NCBI RefSeq assembly: GCF_011745625.1
Contig: NW_027191498.1
Coordinates: 1-64,000 of the forward strand
Reading direction: 5' to 3'
Length of the DNA: 64,000 nucleotides
DNA from: Cladosporium halotolerans
Lineage: Eukaryota
Part shown: one piece after another, positions 12,693 through 24,228 of the stretch
Position numbering within the stretch: position 1 is the stretch's first letter
Layout: every line of letters begins with the position of its first letter
Made by a program: the position numbers and the translations under genes
The notes under the pieces: generated by a model
The model's database searches: none
Told to the model about the DNA's origin: nothing
What the model saw: only the letters and a program-made list of their open reading frames with translations

Positions 12693-14045
12693 TCAGTCAG
12701 TCACCTCGACCTTGATGTTCGGCTGTGCAACGAACTTCGCGACTGACTCTCTGATGCGCCGAATCTGCCGTCTCTCGGCTCTCGTCAAAGCCGACTCCTT
12801 GACAGTGTGCCCAACGACGTTCCTACGGACCACGCCACTCCCTTTGGCCGGAATTTCGTACTGGCAGGAGTGAAGCAGGGTGCAAGTCTCGTCATCGCAT
12901 CTGAATACATCGCACAGGATGTACATGCACTTGCTTTTGCTTTTGCAGTGGTTGCAGGCCGCTTCCCCGTCGCATCCCTGCTTCTTTTGGCTGATGCACT
13001 CCATGCAGGCTGGCTTGCCGTGGTTTCCAGGGCATGCGATGCAGGATGACTGATACTCGTTCGAGGATCCTCCGCTCAGTTGTGGCAGCAGTGCCACATG
13101 GCTTGGAGCTACCACTAGTGCCTGGGACGTCGCTGAGGTCTGCTGCTTTGACATGGCGGGAGCAGCTTGCACGGCGGAAGTCTTCGCCTTTTTGGTGGCG
13201 CCCATGATTTCTGAAGCATCCGGAGCAGCCTTACGCTTCTTTGAGCTCGGAGGCGGAAGCTGGCCGGTCTTGTGCTTGGGTTGGTTGGAGGGGTTGTACA
13301 GCGGGCGAGCCACTGCCGGCACGCCTGGCAGCTTCACGCGAGGTCTGACTGGCTCGGTGTTTGCAGATGTAGCTGACTGCGTGTTAATGCTGAGCGTCTC
13401 GAGCTTAGACATGGGATCTTCATCTTCATCATTGGCCTGTGGCGGGGCTTGCAGAGCTCGAAACCTGTCTTGATTAAAATGTTCAAACCCCACAACAGGG
13501 CCTTCGGTGGCGCTCTGCGGGGCACGAGCCGCCTGCGCCCTGGGCGGAGCAAAAGTAGCACTTCTGATGGCAGGAAAGGTTGGCTGAGCCAGGGGGTTGC
13601 GATGATCGATGGGAGCTCGGGGTGCCGTCGGCGGCGGAGGCTGCTTGTTAGTTCTCAGGACATGATCTGGTCCATAGTCAAGGTTAGACGGCTGCGAGCG
13701 AACTTCATGGATGCGGCCGTTGCCTCGAGTCTAGATGCTCTGGTCAATAGCTGTCCTTCGAAGTAGCTCAAGGAAGTTGTTATGGCGGCTTACCGTGGGC
13801 GCCTGCGCTCTGCGCGGCGCAGGAGCATCGGAGTCGATGTAGCGCGGAGGCTCGTATGAACCTCCACGCTCAGCGGCCCTCTCGCGGAGTCTGTTGATCT
13901 CGTTGATGGCTGCTGCACGCTCGCGATCAGCGGCCAGAGAGAGCTTCCCGACAACAGACACAATCTCTGCTTTCCTCTGCGCGCCGAGGTCCTCCGCGAG
14001 CGCGAGCAGCTTGACTATCAGACCGTCTACCTCGCTTGAAGCCAT
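12693..14045 (-). CDS. Uncharacterised ~429-aa protein: N-terminal helical/coiled-coil region, low-complexity middle with a basic NLS-like KKRK, C-terminal Zn2Cys6-like cluster followed by a CCCH-like finger
   Basis: A 63-nt intron 13793-13731 (GTAAGC..TTGAC..TAG) joins ORF 13731-14045 in frame with ORF 12693-13493. Cys pattern CMEC-x7-C-x5-CNHC-x5-C, then C-x4-C-x4-C-x3-H. Confidence 0.75.
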
Positions 14046-14361
14046 GGCGGTTGGTAGTAGTGCAAGGGGTTGAGAGAGTAGATGTTTGCGTGATGTGTTT
14101 CGTGTGCGGTATTCGGTGCGTGATGAGAGTCGGTGCGGGAAAAGGTGAAGTTGAATTTAGGCAGCTGTGCGGTAGTTGCGTTTGCTCTGGCGTGCGACGT
14201 AAACAAGGAGCGGAATTGTAGCCAGGGAAGGCGCGGCTTTCACTGAACAGAGATTCGAACGCCTTCCCGTGCGGCTGGAGTGATCCGTGACGGGGCGAAA
14301 GCAGTAGGACGCGCTTCTCAATCTCCTCCTTCACTTCCCAATCGTCATTTCAGCCTTTCTC

Positions 14362-14763
14362 TCAACTCGTCATGGTCTGCTGGTGCAGACACATCTTCCA
14401 TTCTCCATCAGCCTCGACCCGCCACACAGAGCAGCACAGTGCCTCGAACTTGACATCGTCGTCTTCGGGGTCAGCCCCTTCGCGGGTTGCTCTGACCAGA
14501 TAGCTGATCACTGCGCCGTCCTTGCCCACCGGCGTAACGTCCATCTTGGACAGCCGGTACGACTTCCATGGGACGAAGGCAGGGGAATGCAAGATGTCAT
14601 GCACAGAAGGTGTAGTATCCCGGGTGAGCTTCATGCCGAGCGGGAACTGCATGACACAGTCCGCAGTCAGGTACGGTACCATGGCGGCACCAGACCGCTT
14701 GAGAGCTTGCCAGGTCTCTTCCTCGAGGTCCTCAACGAGGTGACGGATCTCGCGGGTGGCCAT
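14362..14763 (-). CDS. Small NTF2/SnoaL-like fold protein (DUF4440-like)
   Basis: MATREIRHLVEDLEEETWQAL...YLTADC...AVISY...CSVWR...WKMCLHQQT, a typical DUF4440 pattern. Confidence 0.75.
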   Translation of the reverse strand: MATREIRHLVEDLEEETWQALKRSGAAMVPYLTADCVMQFPLGMKLTRDTTPSVHDILHSPAFVPWKSYRLSKMDVTPVGKDGAVISYLVRATREGADPEDDDVKFEALCCSVWRVEADGEWKMCLHQQTMTS

Positions 14764-15136
14764 TGTTGGGAATGTGGAAGTATGTTGCAGGATTGTAGTA
14801 TGTGAATGATGTTCTGGTTTTATCTTCCAATGCCGAGTCACCAAACGGCTGGGTCAAGTGAGGTTCACATGGGTCCGGAAGCTCCGTCATAGCGGCCCGT
14901 GCACGACACGCGATTCACGACGACCATGCTTCGCCTTCGCTTCAAGGTTCCCCGCAACGATCAACCACCACTTCGCGTGCTTCGCTTCTGGCCGAGGTAG
15001 CGATTGCGTTCTGCGCACAGAAAAGCAGCTCGGCTCGCGGCACATAAACAGGTAGTATAACGATCTTCCGGTAGGTGTTTTTTGCTTCAGTCTCTTCTTC
15101 ATCGGCCAGAACCACAACATCGTAGCCACGACCACG

Positions 15137-16435
15137 ATGAACTTCGATCTCCCTGCCGGCCTCACAGACTACCTCGCCCAGCTTGACTCTTTCATCGAAC
15201 GCGAAATCCAACCTCTCCAGAACCAAGAAGACAACAACCGCTTCTTCGACCACCGCCGCGAGCACAGCCGAACAGATTGGGATAACGACGGCCTACCGCG
15301 CGAAGAATGGGAGGATCTACTTGGGGAATGCACAAGACGTGCCGACGCAGCGGGCTTCTGGCGCTTTAGCCTGCCGAAAGAGTATGGCGGGCAAAACGAG
15401 TCGAGCGGCCGAGGTGCCAACCTGTGGATGGCCGTGATCAGAGAACACCTCGCGAGCAAAGGATTGGGCCTCTTCAATGACCTGCAAAACGAGCATTCAA
15501 TCGTTGGCAATTTCCCTGACGTCGTCATGGTACAACACTTCGGCACAGCAGACCAAAAGCGAGAGTTGATCGAAGGCAGACTGCAAAAGAAGGTAAGGAT
15601 CACATTCGGGCTGACAGAACCCGGCCACGGCAGCGACGCAACGCACATGGAGACTCACGCAGCCAAACAACCCGACGGCAGCTGGCTCCTCAACGGCGCC
15701 AAAATGTGGCAAACCGGCATGCACAAAGCGACCAACTGCTTCATCTTCGCGCGCACGAGCGGCTCGCCCGGCGAGGCCAAAGGCATCACCTGCTTCAACG
15801 TCCCGCGCCACACGCCCGGCCTGCGAGCCGAAAGCTACCAGTGGACGCTCAACATGCCCACGGACCACGCCACCGTCTCGCTGACTGACGTCCGCGTGCC
15901 CTCGAGCGCCATCATCGGGCCCCTCGGCGGCGGCCTCGCCGTTGCGCAAGCTTTCGTGCACGAGAACCGCATCCGGCAGGCGGCCTCGTCACTCGGCGCG
16001 GCGGTCTACTGCGTCGAGCAGAGCGTCGCGTACGCGCGCGCGAGGCGGCCGTTTGGCAAGCCGCTCGCGGCGAATCAGGCGATTCAGTTCCCGCTCGTGG
16101 AGCTCGCGACGCAGTGCGAGATGCTGCGGCTTCTGATCCGGAAGACGGCGGCAGATATGGACCGCATGGACCATGTGGAGGTCGAGTCGAAACTAGGGGA
16201 TAAAGTCAGCATGTGCAATTACTGGGCGAACAGGCTGTGTACTGAAGCGGCGGACCGTGCGATTCAGGTCCATGGCGGGTGGGGGTATAGTCGACACTGT
16301 CAGTTTGAGCATATTTGGAGGCATCATAGGCGGTATCGGATTACGGAGGGGAGCGAGGAGATTCAGATGAGGAAGATAGCTGGGTATTTGTTTGGGTTTA
16401 TGGGCCCGAGGAAGGAGAGCTTGTCGAAGCTTTAG
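15137..16435 (+). CDS. Acyl-CoA dehydrogenase, peroxisomal (C-terminal SKL); intronless
   Basis: FGLTEPGHGSD, LNGAKMWQT, FGKPLAANQAIQF, AIQVHGGWG, ITEGSEEIQ; ends -SKL*. Confidence 0.93.
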   Translation: MNFDLPAGLTDYLAQLDSFIEREIQPLQNQEDNNRFFDHRREHSRTDWDNDGLPREEWEDLLGECTRRADAAGFWRFSLPKEYGGQNESSGRGANLWMAVIREHLASKGLGLFNDLQNEHSIVGNFPDVVMVQHFGTADQKRELIEGRLQKKVRITFGLTEPGHGSDATHMETHAAKQPDGSWLLNGAKMWQTGMHKATNCFIFARTSGSPGEAKGITCFNVPRHTPGLRAESYQWTLNMPTDHATVSLTDVRVPSSAIIGPLGGGLAVAQAFVHENRIRQAASSLGAAVYCVEQSVAYARARRPFGKPLAANQAIQFPLVELATQCEMLRLLIRKTAADMDRMDHVEVESKLGDKVSMCNYWANRLCTEAADRAIQVHGGWGYSRHCQFEHIWRHHRRYRITEGSEEIQMRKIAGYLFGFMGPRKESLSKL

Positions 16436-16674
16436 AGAATAGGAATGCTGGGACACGACGCAGTCGAAGATGCATTTGTAATGAAGAACATACGATTGAG
16501 TTGAATAGCGTTGCTTTTGTGCCCTCTATGTCTAAGGTAGGTTTACGTCAAGCATCCAAACGCCAGGCAGGAATAACGCCGCGCCATGCATTAAAAGATT
16601 CCCAAATCTACCGCGTATCTAACATCTTCCACGTCTAATCAATCAATGCAACAAGTTCAAACGGCATGCTGAAT

Positions 16675-18578
16675 CTAGTCGAAAGTGATCTTGGTGGCAG
16701 CCTTCATGTCGGAGGTATCCTTGTAGAACGCACCGTAGGCGTCGTGGCCCTTCTTCTTAACGGTGGTACCGTACTTCATCAGAGCCTCGGGCACCGGCTG
16801 GTTGGCGGCCTTGAGCACGTTGACCAGGGCGCCAGCGAGATGCTTCTCAGCATCGCTGAAGAACGTAATGGCGCGGCCAGTTGTTCCAGCACGACCGGTA
16901 CTGAAATTGTTAGCTACCTGTGAGAAGAGCGGAGTGGTTGAGAGTAGACTTACCGGCCAATGCGGTGCACGTAATCCTCGGCGGTGAGCGGGAAGGTAAC
17001 GTTGATGACCACCTTGACGTTGGGGATGTCCAGACCTCTGGCAGCAACGTCGGTTGCAACGAGGATGGGGACTTCGCCGCGCTTGAACGCCTCGAGAGAC
17101 TCTGTACGCTTCTGTTGAGCCAAGTCGCCGTGGATGCCGCCGACCTTGAAGCCCCTGCGGCGGATGAACTCCTCAATGCGCGTGGCTTCCTTCTTGTAGA
17201 GGCAGAAAACGAGAATGCGGTCGTCCTTGTTCTTGCCAGACTGGTACTTCTTGAGCAAGTCGATGAGACGGTTCTGCTTGTCCTGCTGCTCGATGACCTC
17301 AACCTCTTGAGTGATGCGGGTGTTGGCGCGCAGCTCGCCTGTTGGGTTGTCACCGACTGTGACCTTGACCGGGTTGGACATGAAAGTCGAGGCGAGATCC
17401 CGCACGGAGGGCGGCCATGTAGCGGTAAACATGACAGTCTGCTTGCCGGTAGTGGGAGTGGTGGAGATGATCTTGCGGATCTCCTGCTCGAAACCCTTGT
17501 CCAGCATGCGGTCTGCCTCATCCAGAATCATGTGCTCGACCTTGGAGAGATCGATAGAGCCTTCCTGAATGTAGTCGTTCAGTCGACCAGGAGTGGCGAC
17601 AATGATGTTCGCGCCGTTCATCTGCACGCGTTGTGCATCCTTTGGCACACCACCGTACACAACTGCGATCTTGATGTTGTAGGGCTTCGAAAGCTTCGCA
17701 AGCTCGTCATGGATCTGAACCGCCAACTCGCGTGTCGGGCTGACAATGCAGGCCTTGATGTTCTTGCGCTCCTTCGCTGACTGCGCGCTCAGGCGTGATA
17801 CGGTTGGCACACCGAAAGCCAGAGTCTTGCCAGAGCCAGTCTCTGCAACACCAATAACATCCTTGAAGGCGAAAAGATGCGGCCAAGCGGCAGCCTGGAT
17901 GGGTGTCGGAGTGGTGAAGTTCTTGAACGGTTCGCGCTGTCTCTCGTCCGTGACCGGCAGGTACTTGAAAGAGGTGAGCGGGCGAAGAGGTTCTTTGGCA
18001 TCGATCGTGATCATCTTCTCCGTCAGGAAAGCGTCGATCTCGGATTGCGGAAGAGCAGTGAGCTCGGTGTGCTCGGTGTATCCAGTCGGCGCGGCGGTGG
18101 TGGTCTTCTCAACGATCGCCTCGCCGTCGTCGGCCTTCGCGCTCACGGCGCCAGCTTTGCTGGCCTTCTTCGCGGCCTTCTCAGCAGCCTTAGCCGCTTT
18201 CTTCTCAGCCTTCGCAGCAGCATCGCTATCGCCAGTGCCCTCCTCAACGCTGCCAGCCGCCTCTTTCGCCGCAGACGCCTTCTCGGCCTCCTTCTTCGCC
18301 CGCTTCAGAGCCTTCTTCTCTTTCCTGGCGATTTCCTCCGCATCCTCAACGGCCTCCGCGACGTTCTCGACAGCAGCGTCGGCAGCAGCAGCCTTCTCGT
18401 TGTCTTTCTTCGCACGCTTCAGCGCCTTCCTGGCCTCTTTGGACAAGTTCTCGCCAGTCCTCTCTTCGGCAGAGCCGTTGGCGGCGGCGAGCTTCTGCTT
18501 CTTCGCCTTCTTCGCGGCGCGCTCGGCCTTGATCGCCGCGTCGGCGTCGGCGACGTCTTCGTGCAATCGCTTGGCCAT
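16675..18578 (-). CDS. DBP3: ATP-dependent DEAD-box RNA helicase DBP3; one intron (~16901-16953)
   Basis: K/A/E-rich N-terminus, [44 protein letters not shown]-terminal [19 protein letters not shown]. Confidence 0.95.
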
Positions 18579-19024
18579 GGTGAAGTGGTTGGCGAATTGG
18601 TAGTTCAAAATCGAGACGAATGCCGCTGCAAAAGTCGCGGAGTGGCTGCTCAAAGTTTGGACCCTCGCCCGATTATTTTCTTCCTCACCCCAGGCCGCGC
18701 CTCGCTTCCCCGGATTCGGCTTCGGATGCGATCAAGATCTGATTAGCCGGAATAGGACGAGTACGATCGCCGCGATTTGCGCCGGGCCGGACTAAAGACG
18801 ATCGGGGAATGAATCGACGACAAGAGGTGAACGACGATGGTAGACCATATACGAAATTGCTGCAAAAGAGATTTGTATATCGATCTTTGGGTATACAAGT
18901 ACTAACGTACCGCCGATTCCATCTTTTTCCAAACGCCTTATGCTCGCAAGCATTTCTCCCAGAACGCTCAAATGCCACCTCGCCAACATCCATTCCCCCT
19001 CATTTGTACATACGAAATCAAATC

Positions 19025-20206
19025 CTAGAGGTGCCTTGGAGGCTTCAAGCATTGGCCTTTGGCGATCACCTCGTTTTGTACATAGGCAAGCCTTGACTTG
19101 TCGCCTTCGTGATAGAACTCCCCGGACCAAAAGCCACAGCCGATGTTGCTCGTCTCTTTGCGCCATTTCACCTGCTCAAGACCCGCTTCATCCACGGGCG
19201 GCCGGGGAACCGGCTCTGTCTCCTCGCCTGCGATTAGAGACTCGCCCTCCATGTGGTGGAACAACTCCGGCTGCAGGGTGTAGCACAGAATGTGTTTGTC
19301 GCGGCAGGCTGTCAGGATCGCCGCATCGTAGGCCGTGATGTGTTTGTGAATGTCTTCCTTTGGAGGCGCGAGCTCACCGAGTAAGCGTTGAGCAGTGCTT
19401 CGAGTGATCGCGTAGCCAAAAGTGCACAGAGGCCAGACGGAGTGGTGGAACACGCGATTCTGCTCAGGAACTGTGAGAGCTGTGAGGAAAGAGGCGGTGA
19501 AAGGGTGTAGATCGGTGTGGTTGAGCATGGTGGGATCTTCGTAGATGACGTGGGGCAGAGCCTCCAGATCCGACGGGTGGTGGTGCCCGACCCCGACACC
19601 CTTCGTAATCATGTTCAGATAGTCGCCGCAGTGTCCCAAGTACAAGAGGTCCCAGTCCTTTGGCGTTCCCCATGGATAGAGGGTCGCATCGATAGTCTTA
19701 GACTTGCCCAAGGAGCGCGCTGCGCGTTGCGCCAGCGGTACTTGAATTGTCTTCAGTCGGATATCCCAGTCCACGTCATCCTCAAATATCAATGCCGTCT
19801 CTTGTCCCGACTTCAGAAACTCGCGCAGTACCACGTGGTGGCTCAGCCATGCTTTCACCGTGCCCGTCGTGACTTCCGACTCCGACTTGTTCGGCCACTT
19901 GAAGTTGTCCACGTCTTCATCCGTCCAGGTAGGCTGTGTCGGTATGGTGAGCTCCAGTCCTGTCGCCAATGCTGCCTGCTCCAGATGATCTCTTCGGGGC
20001 GATCCTGGACCGGACACGGCCCACAGCCCACCAAAGCCTAGCGTCGCATTCGTCGCAGCCGTCGCTTCGCTGGCGTAGCTTGCGATGGGAAAGTTGGGTC
20101 TTGTGCTCGATGAAGCGCCGCTATGAAAATAAAGGAACAAGGTGACAAGGGCGATGAACAGAAGAGCGTAAAGCGAAGGAAGCCTTGAGGCGCGAGAAGC
20201 GAGCAT
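19025..20206 (-). CDS. Glycosyltransferase family 25-like type II membrane protein
   Basis: N-terminal TM helix, TLGFG, WLSH, ALIFEDDVDWD, WDLLYLGHC, CTFGYAIT. Confidence 0.85.
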   Translation of the reverse strand: MLASRASRLPSLYALLFIALVTLFLYFHSGASSSTRPNFPIASYASEATAATNATLGFGGLWAVSGPGSPRRDHLEQAALATGLELTIPTQPTWTDEDVDNFKWPNKSESEVTTGTVKAWLSHHVVLREFLKSGQETALIFEDDVDWDIRLKTIQVPLAQRAARSLGKSKTIDATLYPWGTPKDWDLLYLGHCGDYLNMITKGVGVGHHHPSDLEALPHVIYEDPTMLNHTDLHPFTASFLTALTVPEQNRVFHHSVWPLCTFGYAITRSTAQRLLGELAPPKEDIHKHITAYDAAILTACRDKHILCYTLQPELFHHMEGESLIAGEETEPVPRPPVDEAGLEQVKWRKETSNIGCGFWSGEFYHEGDKSRLAYVQNEVIAKGQCLKPPRHL

Positions 20207-20875
20207 TGTGGCTGTTCTGTCCGGATTCGATGACGGGCATGAGACACGGCCCTCGTCGGTCTAGCGCAATCGCGATGGCATCCAGGCGCCGAGCAGAGCA
20301 AGGGAGTGTGGAGAAATAGCGCGTGCGGGTATGTGTGTATAGTACAGTCGACTGGGAGAGAGGGAATGTGGCTTCAATCCCCGTTCGCGGGCCCTGCGAC
20401 AAGGCTGACGACGTAAAGATGGGGCGAGTAGCTGCGCATGTAATGTGCCGCGTAAGGTAGGTACTTGCCCCCCTCCCCCCTGAGGCCAAGCCCTGCCGAT
20501 CAGCTGGATTGCTGCACATCTCGGCCCTCACCGTGCTTGTCGTGAGCATCTCACATACGGTGTATGTCTCACAACATTCAGTATTATCGCAGATTCGGCC
20601 AGAGCCGCATTGTCATCAATGTCAGCATCAGCGCCAAAGAACACAGCCTCCCCTGCAGCTTTTGCGCCAGTCTGGGGTTGGCACAGATCACGCCTTGTCC
20701 AGCGTGCCCACTGTCTCAAGGTATCAGCAGATGCTGAGGCACGAACCAGGTGATCCTCATCCGTGGGTGTGCGGAACTCTCCTTCAGCTCTGGACTCAGC
20801 TGCCCGGCACGACGTGTGAGAGACTGAGAGCCATTGAAAACCAGCCTATTCTGGACGCTTACTGGCGCGGCTGCT

Positions 20876-21133
20876 GCCGGCGCTAGCTGCGGGCTGTGTC
20901 TTGTAAATTCACCAACCTCACGTGACCAACCGCCTCTTCACAAGGTGATCGCACTTGTGTGCGAAGCTACCGACAACTTGGCAATGTGATATCCAGTTTT
21001 ACCCGTTCGAGAGTACGTAGGTTGACTGGTACGAGCGCTTGGTGTCGCTGGACGAACGTCGAGTACTGATTGGCTCGGCTGAGGCCGGCGCTAGCTGCGG
21101 GCAATGTTTGTGAATTGATCAATCTCACGTGAC
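20876..21133. repeat. Dispersed ~50-bp direct repeat (20876-20926 and 21084-21133), each copy ending in TCACGTGAC
   Basis: GCCGGCGCTAGCTGCGGGC is identical in both copies, followed by a similar AT-richer segment and CTCACGTGAC. Confidence 0.8.
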
Positions 21134-21775
21134 TTGGTGTCTCTCCATACAGCCATCACGACGCTGCCATCAACCTCGGAGCTCATCATCAACAATCACA
21201 AGTGTGTGATATACTCTTTGAACGTCTGGTCACTCAGTCTGCCTCGAAGGCTAGCAGGTCTGCAGAGTGCGTGGCCTCTTGAGTGCTGCTGGGGTCCATC
21301 GTCTGCTTCAGCCGCTCGGTCTGTTCATATATGCTCTTCCAGATGTCGGCACTGACAGATATCCTCGCGTGAAAGCTCGCATCCCCGTAGATTGTCGCCC
21401 TATGCCACTAGTCTTCTTCTTCATTCTCGCCCATTTCTGAAGGCCGTAGGCTCGACTGATCTTGGTTGAAACAGAGACGCCGATCTTGTCACGCCCTTGG
21501 CTGCATGGACTTTGAGGATGAACGGTCGATTGGTGGCTGAATTATATGTTCACTTCCACCACTGGCTCAAATACTGCATGCCATGCCTTATCCTACCTAC
21601 CAGTGTGTTGGCCAAGACACGAGACGACTGCGCTGACCTTGGCCTCGCTTTCAGCTCTCGCTTTGCAGCGCCCAGCTAGGCAGCATGGATGGCGACAGCG
21701 CGATAGCATGCAACCACCTTTCCGACTCCTTTTTGCAGTTTTTCGGTACCTGATAAGTACCACAATATCGCAAAC

Positions 21776-24228
21776 ATGGAAGGAGGCCGAGCTTTGTTAT
21801 CCTGCGCTCTCTGCAGGCAGCGAAAGTAAGCCAGGCGGCTTCGTCAGCTGGAGGGGTGAGGCGAACCGAGCTGACAGCTCATCACAGGTTGAAGTGCGAT
21901 CGCAACGTGCCATGCAGCAATTGCATCGCGCGCAAGACGACATGCGTGTTTTCTCCACAGTCAAGAAATCGGATCTTGGGCGCTAGAACGGAGGCCAAGC
22001 AACAATTCGATTCACGCATCAGGCGGCTGGAGCAGCTGGTCAATTCTATGGTCTCTCAGAGCTCGCAGTCACAATCACCTGGATCGACAAATCGGGACGA
22101 GAGAATCAAGAAGTCTGTTACTGGATCTTCAAATGGTCCGGAATCGGAGGCCGAGATTGAGTCAGGGCGCATCGTGTCCAGCAATGATCAAACAATCTAC
22201 GTGTCTGGCGCTCACTGGGCATCCATATGCTATGAGGTACGTAGGAAATAATCTTGGAGCAACGGTTTCTGACGGATTCTGTAGGTCGCGGATATCCGGG
22301 AGCATTTCGACCGCTCAAACCAGGAGGACCCGGCGAATGTCTTGGGTTCCGACCAGGCCAATGGCCCAATGCTCCTTGAAGGGCTGGGTCCTGCTCCGGA
22401 CATCGAGAGCATCCTGTCCGATATGCCACCGCAAGATATCACGAACAAACTGGTATCTCGATATTTCAATGGTGCAGAGTTCCCAGTGGGTACGACATTT
22501 CTAATATCTCTAATGTAGCGAGCCTTGCTGAATCTTCAAATAGTCATTTTGCATACACCCACATTCGAACAGGAGGTCAGTTCCGATGCAATCTTTATTC
22601 TCTAATTGCAATTATCTGACATATCTTCTATTCAGTACCGTAACTTTTGGTTGCGGCCAGAGAAAGCACCAATTCCCTGGATCGGCTTACTTTTCGGCGT
22701 CCTCTCAATGGGTGTCTTTCTATGCAGACGCTCGGCAGAAGGTCTGCCAGAAGCCCTTGGCCCTGCTGGAGACGCCATGGACGCTTTCCACAGGCGTTGT
22801 ACTCAGTGCCTAGTGCTGTCGAAATACTTCACAACACCAGGGCCGTACACCATCGAAGCACTTCTGGTGAGCCAGCAGCTCGAATTCTTGAGGAGCAAAG
22901 ACGCACGTCTAGGAGTCTGGCTTATGGGTGGCGTGGTAATAAGATTAGCATTGCGCATGGGTTACCACAGAGATCCCGTACACTACCCTCGAATCTCAGT
23001 TTTCGATGGAGAAATGCGGCGCCGCGTCTGGGCCTTAATCATACAGCTCGACGCCTTGACTTCTTACCAGCTTGGGTTGCCTGCCATGATACAGGATCTT
23101 CATTGCGACACAAAACCACCCAGGAATCTCTTAGACGAGGACTTTGGTCCTGACTCAGCACAACTGCCGCCTTCTCGCCCAGAGTCGGAAGTCACGCCAG
23201 TCCTCTATACTGTCAATAAGGCTAAGCTCTCTGCTTGCTTCCGGGACATCTTTAGCCGGGTATCACTGGGAGGAACGGAGGACTACATGGAGATCATGGC
23301 TTTACACCATCGTCTCTGCGCAGCGAAGGACTCTATCTCGCCCCGCCTGCGAATGAGCAGCTTCCAAGACGCAGTCCCGGTGCCACCACATCTGCTCCTT
23401 CGTCGCATCACCCTTGATCTCCTGTTCCATAAAACCATGTGCATGTTGCACAGACGTCATATGACAAAGTCGTTCCAAGAACCGAAATTCACCTTCTCGA
23501 GATCTTCCTGCGTCGAGGCAGCTATGGCAATCCTGGCCATGCAATCTGACATTCTCGACGAAGAAAAGTACGGCTACTTGTTCCGCGAGAGCAAGGGACT
23601 ATTGTCTTCCCTCGAGCAAACGGATTTCATCCTGGCCGGGACGATCATTTGTTTGGAGCTCAGCTCCCGATCTGTTCAAAGCAACAACCTGTCGCAGAGA
23701 CATGACTCTGGAGCAGCTGGGAACGGTTTCAGTGACGAAGAGTTGATCAAAGCGCTCCAGACGACACTATATCATTTGGGCGAGATGAAAGGGGCTTCAG
23801 CAGAATGTCAGCAAGCTTTCGAAATTGTTTCCATCCTGGCACGGAAGCTTGGGCGCTGGAATGATTACCATGAAGTTGAACAGCACGCAGCAAGCAGCCT
23901 GAGTGGTACCTCGGACTTGGACTGGAGCACTGCAAATGGTATGTCAACTTGTCAACCATGCCAATAAAAGTCACTATTGCTGACCTGAGTGCCAGAAGCG
24001 CCAGCGCAGACTCCCCAAAACCCACAAGTTACCAACGCGCTATCGCCAAATGCACAATTCGAGCGCTCAACTTTCGAGGGTATCGAGTCATTCTTGGAGA
24101 ATCCGGAAAACGCAGATTGGGTAAGGCCGTGCCAACTCACAAAATGTCATAGTCGTTCTTCGCTAATAGGATGTCTCACATAGGAGTTCTGGGAGGCCAT
24201 CATGAGGAATTCGCCGCCTCGTGACTAG
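21776..24228 (+). CDS. Zn(II)2Cys6 transcription factor with fungal-specific TF middle domain; multiple introns
   Basis: MEGGRALLSCALCRQRK|LKCDRNVPCSNCIARKTTC; ILHTPTF; ALRMGYHRDP, EMRRRVW, SYQLGLP, PRNLLDED. Confidence 0.9.

Noticed and set aside
12440..12695. Hairpins as SECIS, H/ACA snoRNA or CRISPR-like array
   Set aside because: No SECIS core is apparent and Dikarya lack selenoproteins. There is no ANANNA hinge, and only two units with no unique spacers.
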